Positions 56,013 through 64,000 of a stretch of DNA of 64,000 bases are shown here, piece by piece. Origin of the DNA: Laetmonice hystrix (lineage: Eukaryota). Position 1 is the stretch's first letter, and the number at the start of each line of letters is the position of its first letter. The translations under genes were made by a program, and so were the position numbers. The notes under the pieces are model-generated. The model did no database searches. It saw only the letters and a list, made by a program, of their open reading frames with translations, and had not been told where the DNA came from. The DNA lies in NCBI GenBank assembly GCA_965235115.1, contig OZ249436.1, positions 47,122,001-47,186,000 of the forward strand. Direction: 5' to 3'.

Positions 56013-59000
56013 ATAACCTTGTAGCGATTCCTCCCCGTACTGTTTGGCCTCCCTGTACCGTTTGCTTGTATACAAGAGTAGCCAGTAGTATAGGGACGCC
56101 TCATGTTTCAGTTTCCATGCCTTTATTGTCCAGGAGGCATGCCATCCGTTTCGTCTATCATCTACTTCCATCTAATCTGTGTCCCCTACATACCATCTGT
56201 AAGCGTCCGACAACGTTGTCAGGTCGTCCCAATGACTGTTTGCCGTCAAGGTTTAGTTAACAATGGCAAATGACGTTGAACGCCTATTCTATATCAGATA
56301 TCCTATCCCCAAGTAACAAACAAACAAAGGATGATTACCCAGAGATATTGCCGGTGTGATGTGGTAAAGTGACCCCGTGGTAAAGTGACCCCGGGGTCAA
56401 TTTACCACGTGGTAAATCGACCCCCGGGTCACTTTACCACAGTGGAAAAGTGACCTCCCCTGTGGAAAAATGACCCAGGTTGAATAACATAGATATTAGG
56501 CATAACGTCTATCGTCATTTTACTGCTTCTTGGTATTTTTCAACAGTTTTTACACCTGTTCAGCAGTACTCACTTTCGCGACTTGCGCAAATTTAAAAGG
56601 GCAAACCAGCAGATCTATACGGGTGCTACCTGTACGCCCCTCGGTTAGGGTTAAGGTGAGTTTAGGGTTAGGTCTATTTGAATTAACACTATTTGCAAAT
56701 TGCGCAGATTGACAAATTGAGACCGACATATGAACAAAAACATCCTTTTGTATTCTTGTAAAATAAACAGAAAAAGAAATGTCTTAACTTTTCCTTGATG
56801 GTCAGATTACCATAGGGAGGGTCACTTTTCCACTGTGGAAAAGTGACCCGGGGGTCAATTTACCACGGGGGTCAGTTTTCGATGTGACACCGGCAGAAAA
56901 CACCAGGGTGCAGCTGACGGCGTTGACTGCACTGCCGCCTTCCGGCCAGCGGTGGAATCACCACGTACACCTGGCCGGGCTGGCAGGCACCTGTGGCCCT
57001 GAAGCGAGAGACAGGTTAAAGCAATGATAAGCAAAAAATGACTACATTTTTGATACGTCAAATTGAAAGTACGGCCCCCAAAATTATTATTCTTAGGCCA
57101 GATGTATAATTGTCAAGCGTATAGGTCTCGTACGTTCGCTATACAGATATATGGTTGTGATGTGTACACTTCCCATTTGAGTATCTTCTCCTGATTTTAA
57201 CATTAGATGCTCCTCGCCTGTACCTTTCATTTTCACTACCTCACTGTAGTGTTTGCATGGCTACTATAGGCCAGCTGATAAGTTGTAGGGACTTCGCACT
57301 CTACTGGTTGGCCTCCCACACTGCTTGGCCCCATAGTGTACTGTTTGGCCTCACTGTACTGTTTGGCCTCACTGTAGTGTTCGTTTGGGTGCTAGGCCAG
57401 CCAGTATACCTTGTAGCGATTCCTCCCCGTACTGTTTGGCAAGAGTAGCCAGTAGTATAGGGACGCCTCATGTTTCAGTTTCCATGCCTTTATTGTCCAG
57501 GAGGCATGCCATCCGTTTCGTCTATCATTTACTCCCATCTAATCTGTGTCCCCTACATACCATCTGTAAGCGTCCGACAACGTTGTCAGGTCGTCCCAAT
57601 GACTGTTTGCCGTCAAGGTTTAGTTAACAATGGCAAATGACGTTGAACGCCTATTCTATATCAGATATCCTATCCCCAAGTAACAAACAAACAAAGGATG
57701 ATTACCCAGAGATATTGCCGGCAGAAAACACCAGGGTGCAGCTGACGGCGCTGACTGCACTGCCGCCTTCCGGCCAGCGGTGGAATCACCACGTACACCT
57801 GGCTGGGCTGGCAGGCACCTGTGGCCCTGAAGCGAGAGACAGGTTAAAGCAATGATAAGCAAAAAATGACTACATTTTTGATACGTCAAATTGAAAGTAC
57901 GGCCCCCAAAATTATTATTCTTAGGCCAGATGTATAATTGTCAAGCGTATAGGTCTCGTACGTTCGCTACAGATATATGGTTGTGATGTGTACACTTCCC
58001 ATTTGAGTATCTTCTCCTCATTTTAACATTAGATGCTCCTCGCCTGTACCTTTCATTTTCACTACCTCACTGTAGTGTTTGCATGGCTACTATAGGCCAG
58101 CTGGTAAGTTGTAGGGACTTCTCACTCTACTGGTTGGCCTCCCACACTGCTTGGCCCCATAGTGTACTGTTTGGCCTCACTGTACTGTTTGGCCTCACTG
58201 TAGTGTTCGTTTGGGTGCTAGGCCAGCCAGTATACCTTGTAGCGATTCCTCCCCGTACTGTTTGGCAAGAGTAGCCAGTAGTATAGGGACGCCTCATGTT
58301 TCAGTTTCCATGCCTTTATTGTCCAGGAGGCAGGCCATCCGTTTCGTCTATCATCTACTCCCATCTAATCTGTGTCCCCTACATACCATCTGTAAGCGTC
58401 CGACAACGTTGTCAGGTCGTCCCAATGACTGTTTGCCGTCAAGGTTTAGTTAACAATGGCAAATGACGTTGAACGCCTATTCTATATCAGATATCCCATC
58501 CCCAAGTAACAAACAAACAAAGGATGATTACCCAGAGATATTGCCGGCAGAAAACACCAGGGTGCAGCTGACGGCGCTGACTGCACTGCCGCCTTCCGGC
58601 CAGCGGTGGAATCACCACGTACACCTCGTCGGGCTGGCAGGCACCTGTGGCCCTGAAGCGAGAGACAGGTTAAAACAATGATAAGCAAAAAAAGACTACA
58701 TTTTTGATACGTCAAATTGAAAGTACGGCCCCCAAAATTATTATTCTTAGGCCACATGTATAATTGTCAAGCGTATAGGTCTCGTACGTTCGCTACAGAT
58801 ATATGGTTGTGATGTGTACACTTCAAATTTGAGTATCTTCTCCTGATTTTAACATTAGATCCTCCTCGCCTGTACCTTTCATTTTCACTACCTCACTGTA
58901 GTGTTTGCATGGCTACTATAGGCCAGCTGGTAAGTTGTAGGGATTTCTCACTCTACTGGTTGGCCTCCCACACTGCTTGGCTCCATAGTGTACTCACTGT

Positions 59001-62000
59001 ACTCTTTGGCCTCACTGTAGTGTTCGTTTGGGTGCTAAGCCAGCCAGTATACCATGTAGCGATTCCTCCCCGTACTGTTTGGCCTCCCTGTACCGTTTGC
59101 TTGTATACAAGAGTAGCCAGTAGTATAGGGACGCCTCATGTTTCAGTTTCCATGCCTTTATTGTCCAGGAGGCAGGCCATCCGTTTCGTCTATCATCTAC
59201 TCCCATCTAATCTGTGTCCCCTACATACCATCTGTAAGCGTCCGACAACGTTGTCAGGTCGTCCCAATGACTGTTTGCCGTCAAGGTTTACTTAACAATG
59301 GCAAATGACGTTGAACGCCTATTCTATATCAGATATCCTATCCCTAAGTAACAAACAAACAAAGGATGATTACCCAGAGATATTGCCGGCAGAAAACACC
59401 AGGGTGCAGCTGACGGCGCTGACTGCACTGCCGCCTTCCGGCCAGCGGTGGAATCACCACGTACACCTGGCCGGGCTGGCAGGCACCTGTGGCCCTGAAG
59501 CGAGAGACAGGTTAAAGCAATGATAAGCAAAAAATGGCTACATTTTTGATACGTCAAATTGAAAGTACGGCCCCCAAAATTATTATTCTTAGGCCAGATG
59601 TATAATTGTCAAGCGTATAGGTCTCGTACGTTCGCTACAGATATATGGTTGTGATGTGTACACTTCCCATTTGAGTATCTTCTCCTGATTTTAACATTAG
59701 ATGCTCCTCGCCTGTACCTTTCATTTTCACTACCTCACTGTAGTGTTTGCATGGCTACTATAGGCCAGCTGGTAAGTTGTAGGGACTTCTCACTCTACTG
59801 GTTGGCCTCCCACACTGCTTGGCCCCATAGTGTACTGTTTGGCCTCACTGTACTGTTTGGCCTCACTGTAGTGTTCGTTTGGGTGCTAGGCCAGCCAGTA
59901 TACCTTGTAGCGATTCCTCCCCGTACTGTTTGGCAAGAGTAGCCAGTAGTATAGGGACGCCTCATGTTTCAGTTTCCATGCCTTTATTGTCCAGGAGGCA
60001 GGCCATCCGTTTCGTCTATCATCTAGTCCCATCTAATCTGTGTCCCCTACATACCATCTGTAAACGTCCGACAACGTTGTCAGGTCGTCCCAATGACTGT
60101 TTGCCGTCAAGGTTTACTTAACAATGGCAAATGACGTTGAACGCCTATTCTATATCAGATATCCCATCCCCAAGTAACAAACAAACAAAGGATGATTACC
60201 CAGAGATATTGCCGGCAGAAAACACCAGGGTGCAACTGACGGCGCTGACTGCACTGCCGCCTTCCGGCCAGCGGTGGACTCACCACGTACACCTCGCCGG
60301 GCTGGCAGGCACCTGTGGCCCTGAAGCGAGAGACAGGTTAAAGCAATGATAAGCAAAAAAAGACTACATTTTTGATACGTCAAATTGAAAGTACGGCCCC
60401 CAAAATTATTATTCTTAGGCCACATGTATAATTGTCAAGCGTATAGGTCTCGTACGTTCGCTACAGATATATGGTTGTGATGTGTACACTTCCCATTTGA
60501 GTATCTTCTCCTGAATTTAACATTAGATCCTCCTCGCCTGTACCTTTCATTTTCACTACCTCACTGTAGTGTTTGCATGGCTACTATAGGCCAGCTGGTA
60601 AGTTGTAGGGACTTCTCACTCTACTGGTTGGCCTCCCACACTGCTTGGCTCCATAGTGTACTCACTGTACTCTTTGGCCTCACTGTAGTGTTCGTTTGGG
60701 TGCTAAGCCAACCAGTATACCTTGTAGCAATTCCTCCCCGTACTGTTTGGCCTCCCTGTACCGTTTGCTTGTATACAAGAGTAGCCAGTAGTATAGGGAC
60801 GCCTCATGTTTCAGTTTCCATGCCTTTATTGTCCAGGAGGCAGGCCATCCATTTCGTCTATCATCTACTCCCATCTAATCTGTGTCCCCTACATACCATC
60901 TGTAAGCGTCCGACAACGTTGTCAGGTCGTCCCAATGACTGTTTGCCGTCAAGGTTTAGTTAACAATGGCAAATGACGTTGAACGCCTATTCTATATCAG
61001 ATATTCCATCCCCAAGTAACAAACAAACAAAAGATGATTACCCAGAGATATTGCCGGCAGAAAACACCAGGGTGCAGCTGACGGCACTGACTGCACTGCC
61101 GCCTTCCGGCCAGCGGTGTAATCACCACGTACACCTGACCGGGCTGGCAGGCACCTGTGGCCCTGAAGCGAGAGACAGGTTAAAGCAATGATAAGCAAAA
61201 AAAGACTACATTTTTGATACGTCAAATTGAAAGTACGGCCCCCAAAATTATTATTCTTAGGCCAGATGTATAATTGTCAAGCGTATAGGTCTCGTACGTT
61301 CGCTACAGATATATGGTTGTGATGTGTACACTTCCCATTTGAGTATCTTCTCCTGATTTTAACCTTAGATCCTCCTCGCCTGTACCTTTCATTTTCACTA
61401 CCTCACTGCAGTGTTTGCATGGCTACTATAGGCCAGCTGGTAAGTTGTAGGGATTTCTCACTCTACTGGTTGGCCTCCCACACTGCTTGGCTCCATAGTG
61501 TACTCACTGTACTCTTTGGCCTCACTGTAGTGTTCGTTTGGGTGCTAAGCCAGCCAGTATACCATGTAGCGATTCCTCCCCGTACTGTTTGGCCTCCCTG
61601 TACCGTTTGCTTGTATACAAGAGTAGCCAGTAGTATAGGGACGCCTCATGTTTCAGTTTCCATGCCTTTATTGTCCAGGAGGCATGCCATCCGTTTCGTC
61701 TATCATCTACTCCCATCTAATCTGTGTCCCCTACATACCATCTGTAAGCGTCCGACAACGTTGTCAGGTCGTCCCAATGACTGTTTGCCGTCAAGGTTTA
61801 GTTAACAATAGCAAATGACGTTGAACGCCTATTCTATATCAGATATCCTATCCCCAAGTAACAAACAAACAAAGGATGATTACCCAGAGATATTGCCGGC
61901 AGAAAACACCAGGGTGCAGCTGACGGCGCTGACTGCACTGCCGCCTTCCGGCCAGCGGTGGAATCACCACGTACACCTGGCCGGGCTGGCAGGCACCTGT

Positions 62001-64000
62001 GGCCCTGAAGCGAGAGACAGGTTAAAGCAATGATAAGCAAAAAATGGCTACATTTTTGATACGTCAAATTGGAAGTACGGCCCCCAAAATTATTATTCTT
62101 AGGCCAGATGTATAACTGTCAAGCCTAAAGGTCTCGTACGTTCGCTACAGATATATGGTTGTGATGTGTACACTTCCCATTTGAGTATCTTCTCCTGATT
62201 TTAACATTAGATGCTCCTCGCTTGTACCTTTCATTTTCACTACCTCACTGTAGTGTTTGCATGGCTACTATAGGCCAGCTGGTAAGTTGTAGGGACTTCT
62301 CACTCTACTGGTTGGCCTCCCACACTGCTTGGCCCCATAGTGTACTGTTTGGCCTCACTGTACTGTTTGGCCTCACTGTACTGTTTGGCCTCACTGTAGT
62401 GTTCGTTTGGGTGCTAGGCCAGCCAGTATACCTTGTAGCGATTCCTCCCCGTACTGTTTGGCAAGAGTAGCCAGTAGTATAGGGACGCCTCATGTTTCAG
62501 TTTCCATGCCTTTATTGTCCAGGAGGCAGGCCATCCGTTTCGTCTATCATCTACTCCCATCTAATCTGTGTCCCCTACATACCATCTGTAAGCGTCCGAC
62601 AACGTTGTCAGGCCGTCCCAATGACTCTTTGCCGTCAAGGTTTAGTTAACAATGGCAAATGACGTTGAACGCCTATTCTATATCAGATATCCCATCCCCA
62701 AGTAACAAACAAACAAAGGATGATTACCCAGAGATATTGCCGGCAGAAAACACCAGGGTGCAGCTGACGGCGCTGACTGCACTGCCGCCTTCCGGCCAGC
62801 GGTGGAATCACCACGTACACCTCGCCGGGCTGGCAGGCACCTGTGGCCCTGAGGCGAGAGACAGGTTAAAGCAACGATAAGCGAAACATTTCTACATTTT
62901 TGTACGTCAAATTGAATGTACGGCCCCCAAAATTATTATTCTTAGGCCAGATGTATAATTGTCAAGCGTATAGGTCTCGTACGTTCGCTACAGATATATG
63001 GTTGTGATGTGTACACTTCCCATTTGAGTATCTTCTCCTGATTTTAACATTAGATCCTCCTCGCCTGTACCTTTCATTTTCACTACCTCACTGTAGTGTT
63101 TGCATGGCTACTATAGGCCAGCTGGTAAGTTGTAGGGACTTCTCACTCTACTGGTTGGCCTCCCACACTGCTTGGCTCCATAGTGTACTCACTGTACTCT
63201 TTGGCCTCACTGTAGTGTTCGTTTGGGTGCTAAGCCAGCCAGTATACCATGTAGCGATTCCTCCCCGTACTGTTTGGCCTCCCTGTACCGTTTGCTTGTA
63301 TACAAGAGTAGCCAGTAGTATAGGGACGCCTCATGTTTCAGTTTCCATGCCTTTATTGTCCAGGAGGCAGGCCATCCGTTTCGTCTATCATCTACTCCCA
63401 TCTAATCTGTGTCCCCTACATACCATCTGTAAGCGTCCGACAACGTTGTCAGATCGTCCCAATGACTGTTTGCCGTCAAGGTTTAGTTAACAATGGCAAA
63501 TGACGTTGAACGCCTATTCTATATCAGATATCCCATCCCCACGTAACAAACAAACAAAGGATGATTACCCAGAGATATTGCCGGCACAAAACACCAGGGT
63601 GCAGCTGACGGCGCTGACTGCACTGCCGCCTTCCGGCCAGCGGTGGAATCACCACGTACACCTCGCCGGGCTGGCAGGCACCTGTGGCCCTGAGGCGAGA
63701 GACAGGTTAAAGCAACGATAAGCGAAACATTTCTACATTTGTGTACGTCAAATTGAATGTACGGCCCCCAAAATTATTATTCTTAGGCCAGATGTATAAT
63801 TGTCAAGCGTATAGGTCTCGTACGTTCGCTACAGATATATGGTTGTGATGTGTACACTTCCCATTTGAGTATCTTCTCCTGATTTTAACATTAGATGCTC
63901 CTCGCCTGTACCTTTCATTTTCACTACCTCACTGTAGTGTTTGCATGGCTACTATAGGCCAGCTGGTAAGTTGTAGGGATTTCTCACTCTACTGGTTGGC
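56013..64000. repeat. Satellite array, 826-843-bp units, at least 9 copies, continuing past the window end
   Basis: Landmark atggctactatagg recurs at 57257, 58083, 58909, 59751, 60577, 61419, 62261, 63104, 63945; two indel-defined variants (~826 and ~842 bp). Confidence 0.97.
56355..56889. mobile_element. Non-autonomous Ginger1-like DNA transposon in the first satellite unit
   Basis: Other units read tattgCCGGcagaa; here CCGG|TGTGA...TGACA|CCGG. Imperfect ~100-bp inverted ends built from gtggtaaagtgacccc sub-repeats. TGT...ACA termini with a 4-bp CCGG duplication fit Ginger1. Confidence 0.8.

Noticed and set aside
56013..64000. Satellite as a 5S rRNA, snRNA, SL RNA or histone gene array
   Set aside because: No recognisable 5S, U-snRNA or histone sequence; the Sm-like ATTTTTG is too short to count and is mutated in the last copy. 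An Rfam search would settle it.

Overview
Eukaryotic, intron-rich, invertebrate-animal-like genomic DNA; the taxon cannot be fixed from the sequence. Splicing by eye recovers four genes. (1) A phospholipid-scramblase-family gene on + (1331-14643, 9 coding exons, ~578 aa) with a long acidic N-terminus. (2) A TRPC-family channel gene on - (stop at 20247 up to at least 31609; start exon not located). (3, 4) Two tandem cathepsin H-like genes on + (35855-42001 and 44229-51797, 11 exons, 347 aa each). These are followed by a frameshifted histone H2B pseudogene that keeps its octamer-TATA promoter, and a ~830-bp satellite array running off the window end. Introns hold many minisatellites and non-autonomous DNA transposons (Academ-like, Kolobok-like, Tc1/mariner-like, MULE-like), and a Ginger1-like element sits in the satellite. 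Main observations: several minisatellites are tandem amplifications of the splice junction itself, including 32 in-frame 3' splice sites before the TRPC S2 exon. The second cathepsin H copy has lost the mini-chain cysteine amid a burst of amino-acid changes and lacks the M-box/CLEAR-like promoter motifs. All exon structures, counts and alignments were made by eye, without expression data or database searches.
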